In this document: positions 21,491 through 31,995 of the stretch, piece by piece | How positions within the stretch are numbered: position 1 is the first letter of the stretch | Layout: each line of letters starts with the position of its first letter | DNA from: Thecamonas trahens ATCC 50062 | Taxonomy: Eukaryota > Protista > Apusomonadida | DNA: 64,000 nucleotides | Direction of reading: 5' to 3' | Assembly: GCF_000142905.1 (NCBI RefSeq) | Contig: NW_013657673.1 | Coordinates: forward strand, 124,001-188,000 | Position numbers and translations under genes: made by a program | Notes under the pieces: generated by a model | The model's database searches: none | What the model saw: only the letters and a program-made list of their open reading frames with translations | What the model was told of the DNA's origin: nothing

Positions 21491-23546
21491 CTAACGTCCG
21501 TTTACTGGCCCAGGGGGTACTTGTTGTGGTACCAGTCGGAGGAGAAGCGCCTGCGCTCTGTTTGCCACGCAACAGCTGAGAAATCTGGGCCTCGTACGCT
21601 GCGACCTTGGCCTCCAGAAGCCGGATCATGTCGTCATCGTCGTCGTCATCGTCGCCACCGTTACTGCTTTCTGCACTGCTTTCGGCGTCACCGGCGTCAC
21701 CGCTGCTATCCCGGCTGCGCCGTGTCGGTCGCAGACACGGCGGCGGTAGTGGCAGCTGCGACGGCGAGGGAGGAATCCACGGCGCCACAGGATCGCCACC
21801 CGAGCTGGACCGGCTCGACGAGCAACTCGACGATTGCGATCGTCGGGCGCTTTTTTGCCTGCGCTTGCGCTTGCGCCTGCGCTTGTGGTGGCGGCCTGGA
21901 TACGGAGCCGCAAACGAAGCTGCATACGGCGGTGCATACAGACCAGGTGGCGCCTGCATGCCGCCCGCGACCCGAGGGTCCATCACGTAAGCCGCTGGCA
22001 GGACAGGCACTGGCGGGTAGCACGGCCACGGCCAGCGCTGAGCATGCCCAGGCTGTGCCTCTGGCATACCCTGACTTGCCAGCGTCGGTACGGGCGCCGG
22101 TATCAGTGCTTCATGTCCAGACTGTACCGCTGTATCGACCTCGGCCATCAGCGCAGCAATCTTTGCCCGAAATTGGGCATCGTCGCCGCAGTCCTCGTCG
22201 TCGCCGTCGCTGGTCTCTCCAGCTCCGCCGTTGCTATCGCCACCAGCTCCACCGATGCTGGTGGGCTCATCGCTGGCGCCAAGCAGCCTCTCCCGCAGCG
22301 ACTGAAGGATGACCTCCTCGTCGTCCTCGTTGCGGAGCAAAGCCTCAAGCGATGCGTCCCACTCCCGTGCCGACAACCTAGCCGGTGACGGCACTGGATC
22401 CTCAGACACCCAGCTCAAATCTAGCTCATTCCCGCCATCATGGTCATCTCTGGCGACACACCCGTCAGAACCCGTGTCGTCGCGCTCGCGCTGGGCGGCG
22501 GCATCGTCGTCGCGCCACCACAGCGGTGGCGCAGCGCGCCGGGCTCCCGGCGTCTTGGGCGAGTCGTTGCGGAACCGCCGAATGAGCATCTTGAGCGTCG
22601 GCTCGGTCGGTGCTCGGCTTTCCTCCGCTTCGTCTGTCACCTCTTCCGTGGCCTCATCGCCATTGACCGCTTCCTCCACGTCATCAGCCTCGTCGCTGTA
22701 GCGAGGCCAACCGCCGTCATCGTCGGCGACCTCGACCGCAACAACCCGCTGCGGAACCTCGACGGTGTCGTCGGCATACTCGCATGGATCATACACAAAC
22801 AAGTCTGCGCCGCGAGTGGTGAGTCCGGGTTGGCGGGCTGGGACTGGCGACGGCGGGATGAGGGCGACAGCAGCAGCGCCACCCCCGCCGTCCATCTCAG
22901 ACGGCGGGATGAACTCGACTCGCCGGCGGGCCGATCGTGGTGTGGGCCTGACAGGCGCTTCGCGCGTAGGTGTTGTCGGCGGTGGAGAATTGCCGGCATC
23001 AGCAGGAACATAAACGCCGTCGTCGACGACTGCAGGCGTGAGCTCGCTCGTCTGCGGCGCCGCGGTCAGCCACGGCTTGGGATACTCGCGCTTGGGATGG
23101 ACAAGATTCGGAGGATGTGGTCGCAGCGGACCGCGGCGAGGGGCAGTCGCGTGATGCGGGCGGAGCCTGCTCGTCGGGGCGGACACGATGGCTTGATTGG
23201 CCGAGTCTGGGGCAACGACACGGGCCGGCAGCGGCGAGGGCATGTGGCGGATGACGGTGGCGGCGTTGAGTCGACGCAGGCCGTCCTCGGCATCCAGGGC
23301 GGTCGACGACTCGCGCATAGGCTCAAACCCGCGCCTAGTCGACCGCATGCCTTCCAGTCCGCCCCCATCCCGCGCCACCCGCGCTTGCGCCGCTCGTCTC
23401 GGACGCCTCTCGGCCCCGCGCTCCCGCCACGCAGCAACCCGCCCTGTGAACCGCTCGCCGCGCGCCGCCGCTGCCCGCGCCTGGGCCACCTTGCCTGCCG
23501 CCGACTGCGACAGCCGCCGTCGGGGAAGTGTAAGCTGCTGCGACAT
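21491..23546 (-). CDS. Disordered Pro/Ser/acidic protein with PROSER3-like motifs; 3' end uncertain
   Basis: Motifs TLKMLIRRFRNDSP...LWW, EVILQSLRERL and DDMIRLLEAKVAAYEAQI resemble, from memory, the three conserved islands of PROSER3. No in-frame stop separates it from the downstream secreted protein. Confidence 0.4.
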
Positions 23547-23650
23547 AGCCGACGCTGGTCTATGGCCGCGCCAAGTGTGTCTGCCCGCCAAGCAGACCAG
23601 GCCGAGCAGCAGTTGTCAGTAGTCTCGCTCTCCCTCCTCCCGCCGCCTCA

Positions 23651-23691
23651 ATTGGCGCCAACCAGACAGCGAACCGATTGGCGCCGATTGG
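23651..23691 (-). promoter_or_regulatory. Cluster of three CCAAT boxes, one overlapping a palindromic TTGGCGCCAA (E2F-like) site
   Basis: ATTGG at 23651, 23677 and 23687; TTGGCGCCAA at 23652-23661; ~105-145 bp upstream of ATG 23546. Confidence 0.5.
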
Positions 23692-24206
23692 CTGGACCAC
23701 CATCTGCCGGGCTCACTCCAACCCCCTACGGTACACAGGCCGAGAGCTGAGAGACTACATCACCAACATCACCTACAGCCACGTGCCTTTGCTATAGCCA
23801 GTACCGTATGAAGCTGTCATCAGCCATCGCCACCATCGCGCTCGCCAGATCCATTGCCCAACCCCACCACACCAAAACGGGCTCTGAAGCCCCAACTCTA
23901 TCCTCATGTGGCCCACCTCCACTGGCACTGTCATCGATCGAAGTCATCCACGATGTCGGTGCGCACTACGGGCTACAACTAACCATGATGGCCATCTAAT
24001 GGCTGCTGTGGCTATGGGCGTCTGTCTCCATTGGCAGGCAACAAAATTGCGGAGTGAGCCAACGTGTGGCGGGCGGGTGGCCGGTGGCGAGCCAGCCGCC
24101 ATCCTCCCCTTTGGCGGGAGGGAGGGAGGGAGGCGGAGAGGCGGGACGGTCAAGGGGTACGCAGAAGGTGACGGACTGAGCTGCACCTCACCCACTCACG
24201 GAGGAA

Positions 24207-26094
24207 ATGGCTCTACCTTCCGTGGTGTTTGTAGGGGATGGTACGCGTGCAGTGGAACCTCGCTTCCGTTGTCCCTTCCCTCCCCCCCTCCCCCCGTCCC
24301 TCATCCCCCTCCTTTCCGTCCCCCGTCCCCTCTGTTGTTGTCCTCGTCCCGCCGTTTGCGGTTGTCACCCCATGGACGCCCCCTCCCCCTCCCTCCTCCC
24401 CTTATACCCCCCCTCCTGTCCTCCGTCCCTACACTCACTACCCCCAAACACACACGCTATGTGTACCATGCACTACATCACATATTCCCTGTGGTATGGA
24501 TCCACTACCCTCTCCGTCATCGCTGTCCCCCCCTCCTCCCCCCCCCTCCCGTCCCGCGCGCTGGTCACTGGTCACTCGTGTTGTTCGCTTGCCTCATGCA
24601 CCGCACTGATGGGACACCTCCCACCCCCCACCCCACACACGCCCCGCCACACACACGCACACGCATACACACACACTGTACTGTACATGATGGCGTGCAG
24701 TTGGAGTGGGCAAGTCCACCCTCGTCCGTCTACTGTACAATGCATTTGCTGACAAGCACGCGCCGCGTGTTGGCACCTTTGGCTCCTCGGCGGTAGTGGC
24801 GCCGGTCAAGATCGATCTGCCGGGAGACACGGTGGACGAGACGGCTCGAGTCCGGTTGGTCGACACGGCTGCGCTCAACTTTGCCGACCCGCATGTCCTG
24901 TCATCGGCTCGGGCCAAGGCGCTCAAGTCGATTCTGGCCCGGGCACATTGTGTCGTTTTTGTCTTTCGCGTCGGCTCGGTGGCGTCGACGACAGCGCTGC
25001 TGGAGCACTATGGGCCGCTCGTCCACGCCACGCTTGCAGGCATGGGACGACAGTTTGTGCCGTGTGTGGTCCTCGGGCACTCGCCGCACCGCATGCGGCC
25101 GCGGCTCGACGACGATGCCATCCTGGAAGTCCTGCGCAACACAACCGACATGCTCTCGCCGTGGGTGGAGGAAGCAGCATTTGTCGAGTTCCTGCCAGAC
25201 CCGTCGGACCTCACTGCAGAGGCTGTCGACGAAGCCGTCACACGTGTTGCCACATGCATCCATCTCGCCCTCCACTATCCGGTCTTCCCGCTCTGGCGTG
25301 ACAACTCGCGGACCGGATTTCGGCCAAAGGTCATGGCGGCGCTCACACAAATCTTTGTCCTCCTCGACGAAGACGAGAACGAGACGCTCTGCTTCCGCGA
25401 GCTCGATGCCTTTTCGCGCGCCGTCTTTGCCCAGCCGCTCGAGGTCGACGTCTTCCGCGAGCTCATGCTCATGGCCACGTCCGACGGCTCGGTCGGAGCC
25501 GCATCGCCCATGGTTGTTGCTTCGCTGTCCAATTCGTCGACTGACCTCTCTGCCGAGGCTCACGGAGAGACCTCGGTCGAAGACGACCTTGCCGCCATTC
25601 CCGACGAGACCATCGTTGAGTCGTCAGACATCGGCTTTGACCTCACTGGCTTTATCCTCCTCCAGTCCAAGATGATGGCTCGCCAGCCATCGTCACTGTG
25701 GACCACTCTGCGGGCTTACGGCTTTGACTCGCAGTTTACCCAAGTCCTTCATCCGGAGCTTCTCGGCGCTGTTGCCCAGAGCCCGGCCACGAACGGACAC
25801 GCCACCCGGCCGACGTTGCCGTCGTCCTCGCCAGGGCCCGACCCTGCCTCCTCACCCACTGCGCCCGAGTACATGGCAGGCGGCCCATCGACCCTCGATC
25901 TCCCAACTGCGCCATCTTCTTTCTCCGGCCTCACCCTCCTCCTCCTCGCCCTCCTTCTGGCGCTTGTTGCCGTCATCGCACTCGAGCACGCCGGCCTCAC
26001 AACACTGACCGCACTTGGAACCGCCGTCCGCGCCGCCGCCGCCGCCTCTCATTCAGGCACCTCCTCGACCGGCGCCGTTCACTCGGATCTGTGA
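24207..26094 (+). CDS. Miro (mitochondrial Rho)-like protein, short form: N-GTPase + EF-hand/EF-associated region + C-terminal TM; exons 24207-24240 and 24701-26094, ~475 aa
   Basis: Spliced P-loop VVFVGDVGVGKSTL; LVDTA; LHYPVFPLW; AALTQIFVLLDEDENETLCFRELDAF; GFDLTGFILL...LWTTLRAYGF (Miro EF-associated); TM LTLLLLALLLALVAVIAL. Confidence 0.8.
24241..24700 (+). other. Spliceosomal intron of the Miro-like gene (460 nt, phase 1)
   Basis: GTACGC donor, TGCAG acceptor; splicing completes the P-loop; extremely C-rich. Confidence 0.88.
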
Positions 26095-26286
26095 CTCGCA
26101 TGCACCCTCCTTATGTCCCACGCCGCACACCGCTGGCTCCCGCAATGAAGACGATGAGCCAGATGCCGCAACCACAGGGGTTCCCATCCGGCTGAGCCAG
26201 CCCAAGCCGAGTCGAACATCGAGAGCCCACCACCTCACGCCCCCCCCCCCCCCCCCCCCCTCCACATACACACACGCACACCAGCA

Positions 26287-28449
26287 ATGCTGCCATGCAC
26301 GGTACTCCCGTCCTCTTCATCCCTAACCGACCACCATGTCTACACTCTCCCCCTTGCCCTCTCACACGCACCGCAACTCGCTCTCACCGAGCTCGTCGTC
26401 GCCGAGCCGGCCGCGTCCGCCGCCGCCCGTCGCTGCCCGCTACCGGTTCCGCTGCCAAGCCCGTTGCCACAGCTTGATGATACAGGCCATACGCTGGAGA
26501 GTTTGCCGTCGGCCACGCGGATCATCTTTCATCCGCTCCTTGTCCGCCCAAACAGCAAGCCGCTCGTAGCGTGGGCCAATGTCAGCCCGCCGCCGCCGCC
26601 GCTCCGCATAGTTCTGGCGGCGTCGGCCATGTCGGCCGCTCTCGCCCCGGGCTCGCTCCTCCCGCTCCCATCAGGCAGGTTCCGTGGCTGGTTTGTCGTT
26701 GTAGCTGCTATTGAGACTGGCGATGGGATTTCGGCGCCGATTGCCCGGCTCCGGTCGCTCAATGTGGCTACGGCGCACACGTCGGCCTGGCCCGATCCAC
26801 AGCTATTGGGCCTGCGCCCCTCGGCTGTGCTTGCTGACGAGCTTGCTGTCGCAGTCTCTGCCCTCGATCGCCCACGCCGCGAGCTCATGGCCTTTGTGGC
26901 GCGGGCCATGGCTGCGCCTGACGCGCTCGCCTCGTCCGGCTTGCCTGCGCCGCTCGGGGCGCTCGTCCACGGCCTGCCCGGTGTCGGCAAGTCGTTCCTC
27001 CTCGAGTCGTTTGCGCGGCGGGTGTGGGGCCAGAGCCGACCGTGGTTCAAGGTCTCTGCTCCGGCACTCTTTCAGACGATGCAAGGCGCGACCGAGCGCT
27101 TGGTCTCATCGCTCTTTGCCACCGCCGTCGCTACCGCGCCCTCGCTTCTCATCATCGACGAGCTGCAGGAGCTAGGCGCACCGCTTTCCAGCGGAGCAGA
27201 CACCATTGAGGCCAGGGTCCTAGCTCAGCTCCTGCTCGAGCTCGACCGTCTCACCGCTAGCCCAGCCGGCCGCATGGTACTGGTGGTGGGCATCACCTCG
27301 GCGCCACTGACCGCCCTTGAGCCACGGCTGCGGACGCTTGGTCGCCTTGACACCGTCATTCACGTAGCGCCGCCGACCCGCGCCGAGCGTGGTGCCATCA
27401 TCGACACACTCCTTGGCGAGCTCGAGCCGCTGCCGCAGCTGGTCGTCGCCCACGGCCTGGAGCACGTCAGTGCCGCACTTCTCAGCGCATCACACGGCTA
27501 CGTTCCGGCCGATCTCGCAGCAGCGGTCCGGGCTCTGGCAGCCGCTGATGCCGCCGGCGAGGCTGCTGATGCAGCAAGTGCCGTCGCACTTGCGCTGGCG
27601 GCTGCCAACGTCCGGCCATCGCTTCTGGTCTCGGGAGTGGGCCAGCTGGTCGAGGCCTCGGCGCTGCCAGGCTTTGACTCGCTTGCAGGAGTCGACGAGG
27701 AGGAGGCACAGCTGCGGGCCTCACTTGTGCTCCCGTTTGCTCAGCCAGATGCTTTTGCAGCCGCCGGCATCAAGCCGCCGTCGGGCATTCTGCTCGTGGG
27801 CCCGTCCGGCGGCGGCAAGTCGGCGCTTGTCCGCGCTGCTGCCGCTGCCGCGCGCGTCAACCTGGTGGTGGTCACCGCGTCAGACGTGGTGTCCAAGGTT
27901 GTGGGCGAGACAGTGGCGCGCATTGCGGCCGTGTTTGAGACCGCCGCCGCTGCTGCGCCGTGCGTGCTCTTCTTTGACAATCTGGAGAATGTGGCACCAC
28001 GCCGCGCCGCGCTCCACGGCGGTGCACCAGGCGACACCCCGGTTCATATCGACCGCATGCTTGCAGCGCTCCTCATCGAGATGGATGGCGCCGTGGCGCG
28101 CCGATCATCCGGCGAGCGGGTCGTCGTTGTGGCAACCGCGCACTCGACCGACGCCCTCGACACCGCTGTTCTCCGACCAGGCAGGCTTGACGTCCACATC
28201 CCGGTCGGCCCGCGAACACCGGCGCAACTCTGGGCCGTCTTCTGCCTCGCGCTCTCACGCATTGTGGTCGACTTTGATCCATCGATCCTCGATGACAACA
28301 CAGCCGTCTTTGCCGCCATCGCCAACCTCGGCACGCCAGCCTCGGTCCTCGACGCCGTCCGAACCGCAGCAATGACAGCGCTGCGCGAGGACCTCAACAC
28401 GACGTCGGTCTCCGTCGATCACCTGTATACCGCCCTTGGCATGGCATAA
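26287..28449 (+). CDS. Double-ring AAA+ ATPase (CDC48/AFG2/SPATA5-like), divergent
   Basis: D1 Walker A GLPGVGKS, Walker B IIDEL, GRLD; D2 Walker A GPSGGGKS, Walker B FFDNL, LLIEMDG, LRPGRLD. Confidence 0.85.
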   Translation: MLPCTVLPSSSSLTDHHVYTLPLALSHAPQLALTELVVAEPAASAAARRCPLPVPLPSPLPQLDDTGHTLESLPSATRIIFHPLLVRPNSKPLVAWANVSPPPPPLRIVLAASAMSAALAPGSLLPLPSGRFRGWFVVVAAIETGDGISAPIARLRSLNVATAHTSAWPDPQLLGLRPSAVLADELAVAVSALDRPRRELMAFVARAMAAPDALASSGLPAPLGALVHGLPGVGKSFLLESFARRVWGQSRPWFKVSAPALFQTMQGATERLVSSLFATAVATAPSLLIIDELQELGAPLSSGADTIEARVLAQLLLELDRLTASPAGRMVLVVGITSAPLTALEPRLRTLGRLDTVIHVAPPTRAERGAIIDTLLGELEPLPQLVVAHGLEHVSAALLSASHGYVPADLAAAVRALAAADAAGEAADAASAVALALAAANVRPSLLVSGVGQLVEASALPGFDSLAGVDEEEAQLRASLVLPFAQPDAFAAAGIKPPSGILLVGPSGGGKSALVRAAAAAARVNLVVVTASDVVSKVVGETVARIAAVFETAAAAAPCVLFFDNLENVAPRRAALHGGAPGDTPVHIDRMLAALLIEMDGAVARRSSGERVVVVATAHSTDALDTAVLRPGRLDVHIPVGPRTPAQLWAVFCLALSRIVVDFDPSILDDNTAVFAAIANLGTPASVLDAVRTAAMTALREDLNTTSVSVDHLYTALGMA

Positions 28450-28596
28450 GTAAGAGCAACATCCGTCATTCGATGCCTCCCCAACGTGTCCCGCAGATGG
28501 GTGCCCAGCTGAGTTGAGCCCGACCGGGCCACAAATCCTTCCCTCGTCGCCGGCTGCCATCACTCCTCACTCTCCCCCTTCCCCTCCCCAAAGGGC

Positions 28597-31500
28597 ATGG
28601 GACGACGCCGGAAGCGGCCCAGCCAAGGCGGGCGGAAGAAGGCAGCGGCACAAGCCAAGCCAGTGGTTGCTACAAGACCAAGTCCGAGCCGTGACCCTGT
28701 GCAGGCTGTGGTGGGTGGAAGCCAGCCGTCCCTCCTTCTCCACCTGGTCTCCTTCCTGGATGCGCCGTCCTTGGTGGCTGCTGCTTCCGTCTCCCGGGCA
28801 TGGCGCACGGCCGCATCCTCCCCCCAGGCATGGGCTCATCCCCTGGTCACCCTCTCTGCCGTACGCCACGCCACCAACACTCCCTCCCTACACCCCCATA
28901 CCCCGTCTCCTTCTCACTCACCCCCCTCCCCCACCCCCCCTCCCCGTCCTCCCCGTCCTTGCAGTCGTTCACCAACGCCCACATCCCGCGACTTCCGCTC
29001 GGTCTGGCACGACTGCGCCTCGCTCCAGAGGCGCAGCTGACGGAGCTTGGTCTTGCGCTGTTGGTTGGTCGGCTCTCATCATCGTTGCGCTTGTTGGATC
29101 TCTCTGCTACCGGATCGGCCTTCTCTCCCGATGCCCTCGCCCTGCTCTCGGCGAGTGTGGGCCTGCGCGAGCTGTATCTCCCGCCCCTGGTGCTTGGCTC
29201 CGATGGTACAGGTGCCAATGGTTTTGGCCTGCTTGACGCCCTTGCTCCGTCGCTTGTGGTCTTCTCTGCACCGTGTGCTGGCCTTGCGCCTGACATTCTC
29301 AAGTCGCTCGGCGCGTGTACTCGACTCACTCGGCTAGTGCTCGGCTCACCCACAACATCCACACCGCTCCCGCCACATGCCGACCTGGCGAGCCTTGTGC
29401 TCCCGCTGTCGCTCGTCTCCATCACACTCTGTGGATGGAGTGATTTGGAGCACGGGCTTGTGAACGCGCTGCTCACCGCGCCCAATGTTGGACATCTCGA
29501 GCTTGTCCGCTGCGGCTTTGCGGCACCCAACAATAGCGCTACACCGCCAGACTCTGTGAGCGAGCTTGTGCCGCGATCGGTTCCGCTCACGCTGGCACTT
29601 GTCGAGTGCTCGGGTGAGCTCGTGCTGTCGTCGGCCATCGCGCATCTGCGGGCTGTCGGCTCGCTGCCACTGCGGCAGCTGCTGCCGGCTGCGCCGCTGG
29701 CGAGCCTCGCGTCACTCGAGCTCTTCAATCTGGCGCCAGCGAAAGCCGCTGCGGTTGCCAACAACCTGCCGCCGCTCCCGGCTTTGGTGCGCTTTGCAGC
29801 AGCAGCGCCGCCGGCTGGTGCGTGGGAGGCCGAGATCGGGGTACCGCTGGTGAGAGGCCTTGCCGCGGCTGCACCGCGGCTGTGTGCACTTCATCTTGCG
29901 CGCGTGGTGGTCTCCGCCGGTGACATTGCTGGCCCTTTTGGTCGCTCGCCTCACCTCACTGCGATCGCACTCTCCGAATGCACAGTGACATTGCAGTCGT
30001 CGCCACCAGCGCAAGCCGGCGCCGACGCCTCTGTGCTGCCGCGGCTTGTTCTGTCACTCGAGTCATGCAAGGTTCTTCCTGGCGGCGTTCCCGCTGTGGT
30101 GGGACTAATTGCCTCGCGCCCGCTGACACTCTTCCTTGGGCCGAACACCTGGTTCCGGGCCGACGCTGCGGCCGATCTCATCCGCAAGCTGCCAGCCACG
30201 CTGCTGGGCCGGCTTGAGCTCTCGCTTGCGCCGTGTCACACGCTAAGCCTTGATGGCTTTGTCTCGTGCAACGGCTGCGGCCATGTCGATCCATCGGATG
30301 GCCTGCCTGTTTTGCAAGTCCTGGAGGCAACGCTCCTTTCCGAGTTTGGTGCCCGCGCTAGCGCGCTAGCCGCGGCACAGGCCAACACCAAGGCGACCAA
30401 CACCGAGGCCGACGTGATGGCCGAGCTGGAGCGCTGGCGCGAACGGGCCGAGGCCGCTGAGGCCTCGGCTGCTGCCGCTCGCGCCGCCGCTGCATCGGCC
30501 ACCGCCCGCGCCACAGACCTCGAGGCCAGCCTCAACAAGGAGATGCTCGCACGGCAAGTTGCCGAAGCCGCACCGTCGGTCAATGCGCAAAAGGCGCACA
30601 ACGAGTCGGAAGAGCTGGCGCACGGCCACATGGTCAGGATCACCGAGCTTGAGCGCGACAAGAAGCGGCTCCTCGCCGACCAGATCGCACTCACACACAG
30701 TGTCAACACCGCCAGTGAGCGCCTTGTTCTCATCGAAGACATCTTGGCCAAGATCCTGGCGCCAGAGCGGGAAGCTAGCCCCGAGCTCGAGCTCGAGGCC
30801 GGCGACAGAGCGGGCGACTGTCCAGCTGCGGATGCCGACGCCGATGCCGATGCCAGCGACCGCGGCAGTGGTCCTGGAGAGGAGCTCTCGCTCCTGCCGG
30901 ACTACTTTGGTGCCGGCGGCCTCTTTGCTGCCGACTCGCCGCTGCTCACGACGACTACTTCGGCGGCGGTCTCGCGCGAGCTCGAGGCGTGCATGGCTGA
31001 CCTATCGCTTGCACCGCCGCCACCGCTGATGCAGGTGCCGGGCAAGGCCACAAGTAGCAAGAGTAGCAAGAGTGGCAAGAGTGGCAAGAGCGGCAAGGGG
31101 GAAAGAAGGGCAAGAAGGGCAAGAAGGGCAAGCGCCGCAAGAAGACCAAGGGCGGACAGCAGCAGAAGAAGGGCACAGGCGCCAAGCCCAAGCAAGCGCC
31201 GGAGCCAAAGCCAGAGCTTGCCAAGCAAACCGATGCGCAGCAGCAGCTGAACGCTCTCTCGTTGCGTGTTCTCGGCATTGCCAAGGAGCTCGCAGCAGCC
31301 GCGCCCGTGGCGGCCACGGCCCCGGTCTTCAAGCACGCGTCCAGGGACTATGCAGCTTCCGAGGCGCTAACGCTTGCGGGCATCGAGCCGTCTCGACTCG
31401 GCTCCCTTGACTGGGCAGGCTTTGACCGGCCGGACTCGCACTCGGGCGACGACGGACACGGGTGGGAGTCTGCTGACGACGACGATGACGATGTCGATGC

Positions 31501-31933
31501 TAAGATGTTCTTTGCGCCAAGGCGGGCGGTAATGCCGGCAGCGCAGCTGTCAACTGCTCGACGCAGCGAGAGTAAGGCCGAGGGCAACGACACCGATGAT
31601 GGTGGCGACGATGATACGGACGACTTTATGGATCGTGGTGATGACATGCTCGCGCTGCTGCGCCAGCAGCGTGCGGCGCGGCGCAACGGAGGCACAAGCG
31701 GCACGGCTGCAGCCGAGGTGGCGCGAACGGACGAGGAAGAGATCGAGGCGATGATGTCTGCACAGCTCGCGCCAATCAAGCAGGTACTCCGCGAGGCGGC
31801 GAGCCAGCCGGTTCGCGCGCCGATCGCGCCGTCGCGAGCGCCAGCGGTCGAGTCAACACACGTGGTTGAGCCGATGAGCGGAGCGCCGTTTCGGCGCGGT
31901 GTGCGGCTCGCCAACCTGCGCCCCAAGCCGTAG
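28597..31933 (+). CDS. F-box / LRR protein with a C-terminal coiled coil and Lys-rich/acidic tail; exons 28597-28860 and 28965-31933 with one apparent frameshift, ~1,077 aa
   Basis: F-box-like LLLHLVSFLDAPSLVAAASVSRAWRTAA; LxxLxL repeats (LRLLDLS, LRELYL, LTRLVL, VGHLEL). Adding one G at 31097-31101 gives GKKGKKGKKGKRRKK... continuous with ORF 31262..31933. Confidence 0.75.
28861..28964 (+). other. Spliceosomal intron of the F-box gene (104 nt, phase 0)
   Basis: GTACGC donor, CACTCAC at 28915-28921, TGCAG acceptor. Confidence 0.85.
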
Positions 31934-31995
31934 AGCAGTACGGCTGCAACGAGAGAAGCCACTGGGTGTCGGCGCAGGTGCAGCCAGCCAGCTAG

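Noticed and set aside
23750-24206. ORFs 23808..23999 and 23906..24796
   Set aside because: Divergent promoter region plus a C-rich intron; the translations are low-complexity artefacts.
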